Assembly: GCA_963704305.1 (NCBI GenBank)
Contig: OY969888.1
Location: forward strand, 27,168 to 91,167
From: an uncultured Bacteroidota bacterium
GTDB taxonomy: Bacteria > Bacteroidota > Ignavibacteria > Kryptoniales > JAKASW01
Reading direction: 5' to 3'
DNA: 64,000 bases
Shown here: in pieces, positions 8,177-18,068 of the stretch
Layout of the letters: each line of letters opens with the position of its first letter
Position numbering within the stretch: the first letter of the stretch is position 1
Program-made: the position numbers and the translations under genes
The notes under the pieces: model-generated
Told to the model about the DNA's origin: nothing
The model's database searches: none
The model's input: only the letters and a program-made list of their open reading frames with translations

Positions 8177-10948
8177 ATGAACTTCACGCGCGTAAATCGA
8201 TACATCGCTGTAGGAATATTTGCGATTACACTTTTTATGTATCGAATGACATCACAGTCATCGGTAGCGTTCTGGGATTGCGGGGAATACGCAGCGACAT
8301 CGCCCGCGCTTGAGGTGCCGCATCCACCGGGCGCTCCACTATTCTCGCTTCTCGGCAGGGTTGCGATGATGACACCGTTCGTCAGCGATCCCGCACTTAG
8401 AATCAATCTGATCTCTGCACTGGCAAGCGCTCTTGCAATCATGTTTCTATATCTAATCGGCGTCAGAGTAATATCGAGATGGAAAGGTTTCCCGAACGAT
8501 TCTCATACTGCCCTGGTTGTCTTCGGCTCCGCGGTGATCGGTGCACTGACGCTTTCTGTAGCCGACACTTTCTGGTTCAATGCTGCTGAGTCGTGCTTAT
8601 TTGCATCAAGCATATTCTTCGTCTCCTGTGTTACCTGGCTTGCCATGGTATGGTTTGAAAAAGCCGAGGAACCGGGAAGTCAGAGATATTTGCTTCTCGC
8701 AGCCTACGTGATGGGACTCTCGATAGGCATCCACCAACTAAGCATACTCGCCTTCTTCACGATAGCACTACTCATCTACTTCAAGTATTACGAGTTCGAA
8801 TGGAAGACGTTCATAAGATTTGGGATAATAGCCACACTTGCATTCTTTCTCATCTATCCGGGTATTGTCAAGTGGTTCGTGGCGATATTAAACGGGGATT
8901 TGAAGACCGGTCCGTTCGACATCAGCCACAGCTTCATCGTACAACTTATACCGCTGGCGATTGTCATCGCAGCAATTTATGGAATATATAAAGCGGAGAA
9001 GACAAAGCGCTGGATACTGAGCACTTCACTCATGGCAGGATTACTCATCATACTGGGATATTCGACATATACACTGATTTACATTCGAGCCAACGCACAT
9101 CCGCCGATAAACGAGAACAACCCAAGCAACTTAGAGAGGCTTGTAACATATCTCAATCGTGAGCAGTACGGTGAGCAGCCTGCACTCTGGCCTCGAAGAT
9201 GGAGCTCCGAGCCGCAGTACCAGCAGAGCTACGCCAAGTATTCTTCCGACTGGGATTACTTCTGGGATTACCAGGTCAATCACATGTTCCTGCGCTATTT
9301 AGGATTTAACTTCATCGGAAGAGCGGGAGACATACAGGATGCACCGGTAGCGCTCCTCAATTCGCCGAAGGGATGGTACGACGGCAGGACAGGTTATCCG
9401 ACGAGATACTATGCTATTCCATTTCTTCTTGCACTGTTCGGGATATGGTACCATTTCAAGAACGATTGGAAGTTCGGTCTCGCGTTTCTGACGATGTTCA
9501 TCGTGATGGGGATTGCACTTGCGGTGTACTTCAACATGGCACAGCCACAGCCGAGGGAGCGTGATTACTTCTTCGTCGGCTGCTTCTTCGTATTTGCGAT
9601 GTGGGTTGGAGTAGGAGCATCAGGGATAATCGACCTTGTGGCAGAGAAAGTCAAACAGAACAAGAACAAGGAGCTTCTTGTCGGTGGGACGGCAGTCGTG
9701 CTATTTGCAATTTCACCACTCAACATGTTCTCACAAAACCTGTATACTCATAACCGCCACGGCAATTTCGCCCCGTGGGATTATTCATATAACATCCTTC
9801 AATCCTGCAAGCCAAACGCGATCCTATTTACTAACGGAGACAACGACACGTTCCCGCTCTGGTATTTGCAGGAAGGAATGGGAATAAGAACCGACGTCAG
9901 GATTGTGAATCTCAGTCTCGTAAATACTGATTGGTACATTCTTCAGCTCAAGAACGAGACACCGCACGGAGCGATGAAAGTCCCGATAAGTCTAAGCGAC
10001 GACGACATAGAAAACCTCGCCCATCAGGGTGCAGAAGTGTGGCATACGCAGACCGTAAAGCTTCCCGTGCCGAAGGAAGCTTACCAGCAATTTGGTATCA
10101 CCGACACGAGCATAACAAACAAAGGATACATCCAGTACACAATCAAGCCGACGCTGCAGGCAGGCGATGTCCAGGCAATCAGAGTCCAGGACATCATCAT
10201 GAAGAATATCATTGAGACAAACGCATGGAAGAGGCCGATCTTCTACGCAGTCACTGTCGCACCGGACAATTTCATTGGCGTGACGCCTTATCTACAAATG
10301 CAGGGTCTTGCGCTGCTACTAACTCCGACTATCAATACCGCTCAGGGAGAAGACTACGCGATCAACGTTTCAATAATGAGGCAGTGCCTGCTCAACGTGC
10401 CTGCCACTTTCCAGAAGGAACCGCACTACGGATTCTTCTTCACGAACCTGAGCAATCCGAGTATTTACTACGATGACAACGTGCGAATGCTTATGATCAA
10501 CTATCGATATAGTTTCATGAGACTCGCAGCATATGACGAAACGCACGGCGAAATGTCCGATGCGGTCGCTGCTCTTGACACGCTTGAAAGAAGAATACCG
10601 ATCGGGGCTATCCCGATAGACTACAAGATTCTGAGCGACATCGCCAGGTTATACTACATGGCTGGAGCCATCCCCCAGTTCGACAGATACGCTGCCGTTA
10701 TCGAACGCGACGCGCTCGCGGCCATTCAGGAGAATCCAAACGATGTGCAAAGCTACTACAACCCGTACAGAATACTTCTCGACATTTATGACATGGAGCG
10801 CGATTACCAGAAATCCATCAGCCTTCTGGAAAAACTGCAAGCGATGTTCCCGAATGAGAAGAGCATTCCCCAACGCATCGCTAGCTTGCAGGCGATGATG
10901 AATGCAAGGACGTCTCCAGACACTGCTGTCAAACCCAAATCCAATTAG
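8177..10948 (+). CDS. DUF2723/TMEM260-like polytopic membrane protein (putative protein O-mannosyltransferase-type glycosyltransferase) with a C-terminal TPR-like region
   Basis: N-terminal FWDCGEYAATSPALEVPHPPGAPLF signature, many TM helices, 923 aa. Confidence 0.8.
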   Translation: MNFTRVNRYIAVGIFAITLFMYRMTSQSSVAFWDCGEYAATSPALEVPHPPGAPLFSLLGRVAMMTPFVSDPALRINLISALASALAIMFLYLIGVRVISRWKGFPNDSHTALVVFGSAVIGALTLSVADTFWFNAAESCLFASSIFFVSCVTWLAMVWFEKAEEPGSQRYLLLAAYVMGLSIGIHQLSILAFFTIALLIYFKYYEFEWKTFIRFGIIATLAFFLIYPGIVKWFVAILNGDLKTGPFDISHSFIVQLIPLAIVIAAIYGIYKAEKTKRWILSTSLMAGLLIILGYSTYTLIYIRANAHPPINENNPSNLERLVTYLNREQYGEQPALWPRRWSSEPQYQQSYAKYSSDWDYFWDYQVNHMFLRYLGFNFIGRAGDIQDAPVALLNSPKGWYDGRTGYPTRYYAIPFLLALFGIWYHFKNDWKFGLAFLTMFIVMGIALAVYFNMAQPQPRERDYFFVGCFFVFAMWVGVGASGIIDLVAEKVKQNKNKELLVGGTAVVLFAISPLNMFSQNLYTHNRHGNFAPWDYSYNILQSCKPNAILFTNGDNDTFPLWYLQEGMGIRTDVRIVNLSLVNTDWYILQLKNETPHGAMKVPISLSDDDIENLAHQGAEVWHTQTVKLPVPKEAYQQFGITDTSITNKGYIQYTIKPTLQAGDVQAIRVQDIIMKNIIETNAWKRPIFYAVTVAPDNFIGVTPYLQMQGLALLLTPTINTAQGEDYAINVSIMRQCLLNVPATFQKEPHYGFFFTNLSNPSIYYDDNVRMLMINYRYSFMRLAAYDETHGEMSDAVAALDTLERRIPIGAIPIDYKILSDIARLYYMAGAIPQFDRYAAVIERDALAAIQENPNDVQSYYNPYRILLDIYDMERDYQKSISLLEKLQAMFPNEKSIPQRIASLQAMMNARTSPDTAVKPKSN

Positions 10949-10971
10949 GATACTCTATTTCAGTTCTCTAG

Positions 10972-11008
10972 AGCGGTGACGACCACACAGGTTGTCACCG
11001 CTTTTTTG
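10972..11008 (+). terminator. rho-independent terminator
   Basis: AGCGGTGAC-N13-GTCACCGCT followed by TTTTTTG, 24 nt after the stop of the 923-aa gene. Confidence 0.8.
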
Positions 11009-11121
11009 TTTGCTCCTTTCAGGCTGCTTGCCGTCGCCACTCGAGACAATATTACCACCACGGGATGAAGAGAAAGTAACAACAGACATCTGCTCTTGAA
11101 ACTTATCAGCCACCCGGCTAT

Positions 11122-11141
11122 ATTTCGGTAGTTACCGAAAT
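11122..11141. promoter_or_regulatory. candidate ArsR operator (perfect 9-bp inverted repeat)
   Basis: ATTTCGGTA-GT-TACCGAAAT ends 3 nt before the arsR start codon. Confidence 0.55.
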
Positions 11142-11144
11142 GAC

Positions 11145-11492
11145 ATGACAAGAGACAATACGAAAATATTCAAGGCACTGTCCGATCCGAACAGGTTGCG
11201 AATTCTCAAGGCCCTGCAGATCAGAACCCTGTGTGTCTGTGAGATCAGGGAACTTCTTGATCTGGCCAACTCAACCGTGTCACAACATCTGGCTCTTCTG
11301 AAAGAGGCCGGGTTCATCGTCGAGGAGAAGAAGGGCAAATGGGTTGACTACATGATCAACTCGAAGCCTGCCGACCCAAGAATTAAGTCTGTGCTGTCAA
11401 AATTAGATTTCTGGATAAGCAATGAAAAAACGATTGCGGAAGACAGAAAGAAGATTATGAGCCTAGACAGAAACACCATATGCAGTGCATAG
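11145..11492 (+). CDS. arsR: ArsR/SmtB-family metalloregulator
   Basis: LSDPNRLRILKAL...LCVCEIRELL...STVSQHLALLKEAG: winged HTH with the As(III)-binding CVC motif. Confidence 0.9.
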   Translation: MTRDNTKIFKALSDPNRLRILKALQIRTLCVCEIRELLDLANSTVSQHLALLKEAGFIVEEKKGKWVDYMINSKPADPRIKSVLSKLDFWISNEKTIAEDRKKIMSLDRNTICSA

Positions 11493-11534
11493 TCATTCAA
11501 GATTTTCTTTCAGCAACATTAGCAGGAGATTGAG

Positions 11535-11984
11535 ATGGACAAGATAAGAGTTCTATTCATTTGTGTTCATAATAGCGCACGAAGCCAAATGGCGGAGGCA
11601 TTCTTGAACAAGTACGGCGGAGGGCGCTTCGCTGCGGAAAGCGCAGGATTCGAGCCGGGCAAATTGAATCCAATCGTCGTCGATGCGATGAAGGAAATAG
11701 AAATAGATATCTCGTCAAAGAAGACGAACAGCGTCTTCGAATTCTTCAAGCAAGGTAGAATGTATAATTATGTGATTACGGTTTGCGATGAATCCAACGC
11801 GGAGAAGTGTCCGATATTCCCCGGTGTGACGAAAACTCTGCACTGGAGCTTTAGAGATCCATCGGCATTAACCGGAAGTTATGAAGAGAAACTTGCAGGC
11901 ACACGAATAATCAGGGATGAAATAAATGAGCGAGTAGAACAGTGGGTGAAAGAACTTGCTAATGACGCGATCGGTGGAAGATGA
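11535..11984 (+). CDS. arsC: arsenate reductase, LMW-PTP type (thioredoxin-coupled)
   Basis: [16 protein letters not shown] (CX5R loop) plus a downstream Cys pair ([11 protein letters not shown]). Confidence 0.9.
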   Translation: MDKIRVLFICVHNSARSQMAEAFLNKYGGGRFAAESAGFEPGKLNPIVVDAMKEIEIDISSKKTNSVFEFFKQGRMYNYVITVCDESNAEKCPIFPGVTKTLHWSFRDPSALTGSYEEKLAGTRIIRDEINERVEQWVKELANDAIGGR

Positions 11985-13051
11985 AATCAAGTGCGCGCAA
12001 GCTTTCGTTCCTAGACCGTTATCTGACACTATGGATCTTTGCGACAATGTTCTTAGGAGTATTCATTGGCTACACGTTTCCCGGCATAGTCGGCTTTTGG
12101 AATAGATTCCAGAGTGGAACGACGAACATCCCGATCGCGGTCGGATTGATACTGATGATGTATCCGCCGTTAGCGAAGGTGAAGTACGAGGAATTAGGAA
12201 AGGTTTTCAGGAATGGGAAGATATTGTCTGTATCACTGATACAGAATTGGGTAATTGGACCGGTAATAATGTTTCTACTCGCGGTGATCTTCCTGCACAA
12301 TTATCCTGAATACATGGCGGGACTGATCTTGATCGGGCTTGCGCGCTGCATTGCCATGGTGATAGTCTGGAACGAGCTTGCACAGGGGAACACGGAGTAT
12401 GCCGCCGGACTTGTCGCGTTCAACTCGATATTTCAGGTTCTGTTTTACTCGCTCTATGCTTATGTTTTCCTGACGATTCTTCCCAACTGGCTGGGATTGA
12501 GCTCATTCAAAGTAGATGTAACCATCCGGCAGATTGCGGAGAGCGTTTTTGTCTATCTTGGAATTCCTTTTCTTGCAGGAATTGTCACGCGGTTTACTCT
12601 TGTCGGAGTCAAAGGAAAAGAATGGTATCACCGCAAGTTCATACCGAAGATCAGTCCGATTACATTGATCGCGTTGATGTTCACAATCTTCGTCATGTTT
12701 TCGTTGAAAGGGAGATTGATCGTCCAGATACCTGTGGACGTGCTCAGGATCGCAGTGCCGCTCATACTTTATTTTGTGGCGATGTTCTTCGTCTCATTTT
12801 GGATGGGAAAGAAGGTCGGTGCTGATTACAGCAAGACAGCAACTCTTTCGTTCACGGCGGCGAGCAACAACTTCGAGCTGGCGATAGCGGTAGCGATTGC
12901 TGTCTTCGGCATCAATTCGGGCGAAGCGTTCGCAGCGGTGGTCGGACCGCTCGTGGAAGTACCAGTGCTGATATCGCTTGTCAACGTATCACTTTGGTTT
13001 CAGCGCAAGTACTTCCGACAAGATGATCAACTCGGAACCGACAACCTATGA
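11981..13051 (+). CDS. acr3: ACR3-family arsenite efflux transporter
   Basis: [13 protein letters not shown]..., [11 protein letters not shown], about 10 TM helices, ATGA overlap with arsC. Confidence 0.9.
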   Translation: MKSSARKLSFLDRYLTLWIFATMFLGVFIGYTFPGIVGFWNRFQSGTTNIPIAVGLILMMYPPLAKVKYEELGKVFRNGKILSVSLIQNWVIGPVIMFLLAVIFLHNYPEYMAGLILIGLARCIAMVIVWNELAQGNTEYAAGLVAFNSIFQVLFYSLYAYVFLTILPNWLGLSSFKVDVTIRQIAESVFVYLGIPFLAGIVTRFTLVGVKGKEWYHRKFIPKISPITLIALMFTIFVMFSLKGRLIVQIPVDVLRIAVPLILYFVAMFFVSFWMGKKVGADYSKTATLSFTAASNNFELAIAVAIAVFGINSGEAFAAVVGPLVEVPVLISLVNVSLWFQRKYFRQDDQLGTDNL

Positions 13052-13114
13052 AAGAGGAAAATTACAAAAGGAATCACTAGACTTTCATCAAAAAAATTAG
13101 TCAGGGAGCTAAGA

Positions 13115-13366
13115 ATGAAGATCAAAATACTCGGTTCAGGATGTACGAATTGTCAAACTTTGGAAAAGAGAATGTATGCTACGTTAGCTGAACTGCAGGT
13201 TGACGCAACAATCGAGAAGGTTCAGTCGTTTCAGGATATTGCCGCATACGGTGTTATGTCAACGCCTGCCCTTGTGATCGATGAGAAGGTTGTATTTCAG
13301 GGAATGGTTCCGAAGGTTGAGGATTTGAAGGAGATCGTCGCAAAAATCGCGCCTTCCCATTCGTGA
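13115..13366 (+). CDS. small thioredoxin-fold protein (redox-active disulfide protein 2 type)
   Basis: MKIKILGSGCTNCQTLEKR, 83 aa, CxxC at the N-terminus. Confidence 0.85.
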   Translation: MKIKILGSGCTNCQTLEKRMYATLAELQVDATIEKVQSFQDIAAYGVMSTPALVIDEKVVFQGMVPKVEDLKEIVAKIAPSHS

Positions 13367-13384
13367 ACTTTGGAGAATGAGAAA

Positions 13385-14440
13385 ATGACATTAGAGTTTA
13401 CTCGCGGACACGACCGTCATACTGGGCTGAGACAGCAGCTTCTCTTCCTTTTCGGTCTGATGCTGCTCTGGACCTTGCTATACACTTCCCTGCAAACTAT
13501 CACCGATGGAGTTGTGTTCGGAATGTTGAGGATGCCCTCGGGAAGTCGTCTGACCGAGACATTGCGTTTCTTCCTTTTCGAAGCGCCGAAAGTCCTCATG
13601 CTTCTCTTAATAATAGTTTTCGCCATCGGGATAGTCCGCACTTACTTCTCACCTGAGAAGACGCGAAGGATTTTAGGCGGAAAGAAGAGTCTCGTTGGAA
13701 GCGTACTTGCAGCAATGCTTGGGATCGTAACGCCGTTCTGCTCGTGTTCGGCTGTTCCTCTCTTCATAGGGTTTGTCGAAACAGGAGTCCCTCTCGGCGT
13801 GACTTTCTCTTTTCTGATCTCCGCCCCGATGATAAATGAGGTTGCGGTCGTCCTATTGCTCGGATTGTTTGGATGGAAAACCGCGCTTCTGTACATATCG
13901 ACCGGACTAATTATCTCGATCATATCCGGCGTTGTCATCGGGCATCTTCGGATGGAAAAGCACGTGGAAGAGTGGGTGCATAAGATAAGAGTAGCTGACA
14001 CAGCGCAACTCGACAGGGGCATGACCTTCTCGAGCCGGATCGAGCGTGGCCGTCAGTCAGTCAATGAGATTGTCGGTAAGGTCTGGCCATACGTCTTGGC
14101 AGGAATCGCGGTGGGCGCATGGATTCACGGTTATGTGCCTGAGAATTTCATGGCAGGATTGATGGGCAAAGCTGCATGGTGGTCGGTGCCGGCAGCGGTT
14201 ATAATCGGAGTTCCACTTTATTCAAATGCTGCCGGCATCATTCCAATCGTCCAGATGCTCCTTGAGAAAGGTGCATCGCTGGGGACGGTTCTCGCATTCA
14301 TGATGTCCGTAATCGGTCTTTCACTTCCTGAGACAATCATTCTTCGAAAGGTTCTGAAGATGCGACTCATCTTGGTCTTTGTAGGAGTGGTAGCAGTTGG
14401 AATAATCATAGTCGGCTACGTCTTTAATGCGGTGTACTAA
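13385..14440 (+). CDS. ArsP_1/UPF0718-type permease
   Basis: Polytopic membrane protein with the TPFCSCSAVPLF vicinal-Cys motif, paired with the small Trx-fold gene. I prefer the ATG at 13385 (GGAGA lies 8 nt upstream) over the TTG at 13370. Confidence 0.8.
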   Translation: MTLEFTRGHDRHTGLRQQLLFLFGLMLLWTLLYTSLQTITDGVVFGMLRMPSGSRLTETLRFFLFEAPKVLMLLLIIVFAIGIVRTYFSPEKTRRILGGKKSLVGSVLAAMLGIVTPFCSCSAVPLFIGFVETGVPLGVTFSFLISAPMINEVAVVLLLGLFGWKTALLYISTGLIISIISGVVIGHLRMEKHVEEWVHKIRVADTAQLDRGMTFSSRIERGRQSVNEIVGKVWPYVLAGIAVGAWIHGYVPENFMAGLMGKAAWWSVPAAVIIGVPLYSNAAGIIPIVQMLLEKGASLGTVLAFMMSVIGLSLPETIILRKVLKMRLILVFVGVVAVGIIIVGYVFNAVY

Positions 14441-14449
14441 AGGTTTCCT

Positions 14450-15091
14450 TTACTTCGGATATCCGACCGTCTGCGATAAGATAATCTTTTGCTCAGGTCT
14501 CAGGTTCATCACCTTTGCAAGTGCGGGCTTGTCAATTGACCCGCGGACCACACAAGCCAGTCCTTCGGATGCACAGTAGAGATAGACGTTCTGCGCGATG
14601 AACCCGCAGTCGGCGGCTGTCCACATGATCTGATTCTCACCCGAAGCTCGACCAGTCTTCGACAGATCTGCTACGTACACGATACCGACAGGCGCATCTT
14701 TCACAAAAGGTTGCGTGCCCGTTTTGTCGCGAATGTCTTCCTTCAACACTTGCTTCAGCGATTGCGATCCAGCGTCGTACAGGTACAAACCGTCATGCAT
14801 CGCAACATAGACATCGATTTCTTGCCAGTTCATTGCCGACGGTGCAGTCCGATGACCGTCGGGACGATTAACTCCGAAGGCGGCCCATAGTAGATTCGAC
14901 ACTACCTGCCGAGGTAACTCTCTCGTATCAAACGAACGCGAGGTCTTTCTTTCCTTCAGCGTTTGCATGAGAGGCTTCCCGCCTGTTGTGTCTGGCTTGG
15001 GAAGCTGAATCGTTGCCGGCCCTCCCTGAGCAGCACAAATGCCAGGCAATGTCATAGACAAAACAACTAAGAAAGCTAACAGCCTTTTCAT
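14450..15091 (-). CDS. nitroreductase-family protein with an N-terminal signal peptide
   Basis: MKRLLAFLVVLSMTLPGICAAQG, then a nitroreductase-like core (RKTSRSF..., LWAAFGVNRP...). The start at 15091 has GGAGGGG upstream. Confidence 0.7.
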   Translation of the reverse strand: MKRLLAFLVVLSMTLPGICAAQGGPATIQLPKPDTTGGKPLMQTLKERKTSRSFDTRELPRQVVSNLLWAAFGVNRPDGHRTAPSAMNWQEIDVYVAMHDGLYLYDAGSQSLKQVLKEDIRDKTGTQPFVKDAPVGIVYVADLSKTGRASGENQIMWTAADCGFIAQNVYLYCASEGLACVVRGSIDKPALAKVMNLRPEQKIILSQTVGYPK

Positions 15092-15176
15092 GATCCCCTC
15101 CATATTAGTTAAAGAGTTAATTCCTATTTTTATTGCCAAAGAAACTCAGCAGAAAGAAATGTTTTTGAGAGAATAA

Positions 15177-15425
15177 TTAAAGAATGCCAAATCCCAGGAC
15201 CAATCGTATGCACCCGAGTAATACTCCCAAGGCACACAACACCAATCCCGCAATCGCCATCCCTTTGCTTGGCCCCTTTGTCGTAGCAAGAGCAACGATA
15301 CTGACTATCAGACCAACCGCGGAGAAGGGAATGTTCAGCCAGTTCAACGAACCGAGACACGGGAAGAAAGCTACAAACATTCCGATGAACGCGAGTATTC
15401 CCCAGACAAGACTAAGAACTTGCAT
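15177..15425 (-). CDS. small three-TM membrane protein
   Basis: 82 aa and hydrophobic throughout; overlaps the end of the upstream DUF2752 gene. Confidence 0.6.
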   Translation of the reverse strand: MQVLSLVWGILAFIGMFVAFFPCLGSLNWLNIPFSAVGLIVSIVALATTKGPSKGMAIAGLVLCALGVLLGCIRLVLGFGIL

Positions 15426-15849
15426 ACCAACCTCCAGGTTTTGATGTTGAGATGTGAATCGACTCTATCCCTTTTCTCCTGAGCTTGCGGCCGAGATAGA
15501 CACAAGCCAGGAACTCATTCAAGACAAAAATCGAATAGAGGCACAAGCTGAAGCGATTTGATCTTTCTGCCGCGTTAATTTTACCCCTTGACAGTTCTAT
15601 AAATGCAGTTGTCATTCCACAAAGGATGCACTCTTTGTGGTATTTCGTTTTCCACTCGCATTTCGGAGCGATACTATAAATTGATCTCTCCGGAAGAACG
15701 AACGGACACACAATCATCGTGAAGATCACGGCACTTATCACCAGCCATGATATTATGAATGACCTCTTCACGTCTGTGGAAATACGAATGGGTCTCATTA
15801 GCGGTCGGTCAGACTCCTGGGTGTCAATCCCTTCATTAGCGACCGTCAT
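15412..15849 (-). CDS. DUF2752-family membrane protein
   Basis: CPF...CEWKTKYHKECILCGMTTAF double-Cys-pair motif followed by TM helices. Confidence 0.7.
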   Translation of the reverse strand: MTVANEGIDTQESDRPLMRPIRISTDVKRSFIISWLVISAVIFTMIVCPFVLPERSIYSIAPKCEWKTKYHKECILCGMTTAFIELSRGKINAAERSNRFSLCLYSIFVLNEFLACVYLGRKLRRKGIESIHISTSKPGGWYASS

Positions 15850-15870
15850 CGGAGGAGGCGTGGCCCGGAC

Positions 15871-16450
15871 TCACTTTCCCAGAAATTTCTCGAGTGTCTT
15901 CTCAAGGCTCTCGCCGCGCAAGTCTTCGTCCATAGCCACTATCGTACCTGTGGCATCGACAAGAATAGGATGCGGAATACCTATGACCTCGAAGTCCTTC
16001 ACCATTTTAGCCTCTGGACCTTGATTGGCAAATGCTTGAAACCATGGCATCGGCCATTTTTCCTTTCTAAATTTCACAACATCCTGAGGCGAGACATCCA
16101 ATGATACGCTCAGCATTGCAAAGTTCTTGCCTTTGAATCTATCATGTGTTTTGTGCAAACTCTCCATCTCACTGACGCATGGTCCGCACCATGTCGCCCA
16201 GAAATCGATCATGTAATATCTTCCCTTGAAAGAACATACCAACGGAATCGATTGTGATGCTGTACTTCCCATCCTGATCGGCATATATTCTCTTGACAGA
16301 CGTATCCTGATTTGGTATGGTAAGAACAATTCTTGTTTTAGCAATCGGTTTTCCGTCATGCCCAAGAAGTGTGCCGGTTATCGTGGTTTGTGCACCAATA
16401 GTGCTGAACGTGATAAGCATAGCCGCTACGAAGATTGCTGACCTGTGCAT
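15871..16450 (-). pseudogene. TlpA-like periplasmic thiol:disulfide oxidoreductase, interrupted by a 1-nt frameshift near 16226-16232
   Basis: Track ORF 16169..16477 encodes the signal peptide and N-terminus (MHRSAIFVAAMLITFSTIGAQ...DGKYSITIDSVGMFF; ATG 16450 with GGAGG upstream). Track ORF 15871..16365 continues in the +1 frame with KGRYYMIDFWATWCGPC... Neither ORF alone makes a complete protein. Confidence 0.7.
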
Positions 16451-16547
16451 ACCCGACCTCCTTGTTTTCTGTCCCAAAAATAAAGGAGCTCTTCTGAAGG
16501 TTCAAGCCGAATGGTTTGCTTTGAACCATTCTTGTGATCTTAAACTT

Positions 16548-17132
16548 TCATTTCAATTCCTTGTATCTGAAACAAGTGGTCATGTGATCGTTGACCATCC
16601 CGGTAGCCTGCATGTGAGCATAGCAGATTGTCGTACCGACAAACTTAAAACCTCGTTCCTTCAAATCCTTGCTCATTGCATCTGACTCTTTTGTGCTCGC
16701 CGGAAGCTGCTTGAGAGTCTTCCGGTGGTTTATTATCGGATTCCCGCCGACGAACTGCCAAACGTACTTGTCAAAGCTTCCAAACTCGTCTTGAACCTCG
16801 ATGAACCGTCGGGCGTTGTTGATAGCAGCTTCGATCTTGAGTCTGTTGCGAATTATCCCTTCATCTGAAAGCAGGCTCCTTATTTTCCTTCCGTCATAGC
16901 GTGCCACCTTCACGTAGTCGAAATTGGCGAATGCTCTCCTGAAGTTTTCGCGCTTGTGGAGTATAGTGGACCAGCTCAGGCCAGCCTGCATTCCCTCGAG
17001 TATCAGGAATTCAAATATCTTCCTGTCATCATGGATCGGGGCACCCCACTCGATGTCATGGTACTCGATCATCAAGGGATCGCCCGTCGGCCACGGGCAG
17101 CGGGTCAATCTGTTATTATCAATCTTTGACAT
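16548..17132 (-). CDS. tag: DNA-3-methyladenine glycosylase I
   Basis: RCPWPTGDPLMIEYHDIEWGAPIHDDRKIFEFLILEGMQAGLSWSTIL. Confidence 0.92.
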   Translation of the reverse strand: MSKIDNNRLTRCPWPTGDPLMIEYHDIEWGAPIHDDRKIFEFLILEGMQAGLSWSTILHKRENFRRAFANFDYVKVARYDGRKIRSLLSDEGIIRNRLKIEAAINNARRFIEVQDEFGSFDKYVWQFVGGNPIINHRKTLKQLPASTKESDAMSKDLKERGFKFVGTTICYAHMQATGMVNDHMTTCFRYKELK

Positions 17133-17216
17133 GGTAACTCCGTTCAGTGTTCGGTCTTCGGTTTTCAGTTAGCAGTAAGTCCTCTGAATACTGACTAATG
17201 AAAACTGACAACTGCT

Positions 17217-17705
17217 TCATCCGACCTCTTCGAACTCACCGGTCTTCTTGTTCTTGCGGACATTATCCCAATTGAAGTAGCGTCCATTCATCGCTATGTA
17301 AACGCCATGAGGCAGAGTCTGGACAAAGGCAAGCGCGCTCCCAAGGTTGAACAAACCGTCTGAGCTTCCGAACTTATACGGTATCATGGCGCCGGTAAGC
17401 ACGATCGTCCTGTTATTTATTGCCTTGCCCAGGAGCTTCGCGGTTTGTTCCATTGTGTCGGTGCCATGAGTGATGATAATCTTTTCATCGCCGCATTTGA
17501 TGCAATTTTCAAGAATCACCTGTCGGTCTTGGTCGGTCATCTCGAGGCTGTCGATCATCATGAGGGTGTTGATGTCGACTTCGACTTCAGATCTGCCTAG
17601 CTTTAGCATCTCGGGCAAATGCGAATCTTTGAAATAGAGCTTTCCCGTAAGTTCATTGTATTCCTTGTCAAACGTCCCGCCTGTAACAAATATTCTGATT
17701 GTCAT
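17217..17705 (-). CDS. short asparaginase-domain protein
   Basis: MTIRIFVTGGTFDK..., IIITHGTDTMEQTA (asparaginase Thr motifs). I moved the start to the ATG at 17705. Confidence 0.75.
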   Translation of the reverse strand: MTIRIFVTGGTFDKEYNELTGKLYFKDSHLPEMLKLGRSEVEVDINTLMMIDSLEMTDQDRQVILENCIKCGDEKIIITHGTDTMEQTAKLLGKAINNRTIVLTGAMIPYKFGSSDGLFNLGSALAFVQTLPHGVYIAMNGRYFNWDNVRKNKKTGEFEEVG

Positions 17706-18068
17706 AATGCCACAATTTAATGAGCCTCTTATGAAAGACTCAAATCTGGCAGCAAGCGGCGAGATGATGATCGCCGATTCTCTTTGCCAAAATGAAGATT
17801 GGTTCAAATGATCGCCCGGCCGTGACCTTCAGAAATATGTAGCTGAGTCCAGCGCTGGCACGTGCCTCCAGGTATCCTCTTCGAACTGCGAATAAGTTGA
17901 AGTGATAGTCGTGAAGTCGTAATTTACGTTCGATCCTGAAAAGTGGTGCGGGATCCGATCTCATTCCAGTGTTTGTTTGCACGGAAATCTCGCACGCCTC
18001 AATCAGCATGAAGATCACGAACCCGTTATTGAGCAGGACCACATTCGTTTAACGCCATAGAGGTAACA

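Noticed and set aside
17740-18042. 100-aa minus-strand ORF in the asparaginase/cytochrome divergent region, and the palindrome GGCACGTGCC near 17854-17863
   Set aside because: The ORF would overlap the better-supported short asparaginase start region and has no motifs. The 10-bp palindrome alone is insufficient to call a regulator site.
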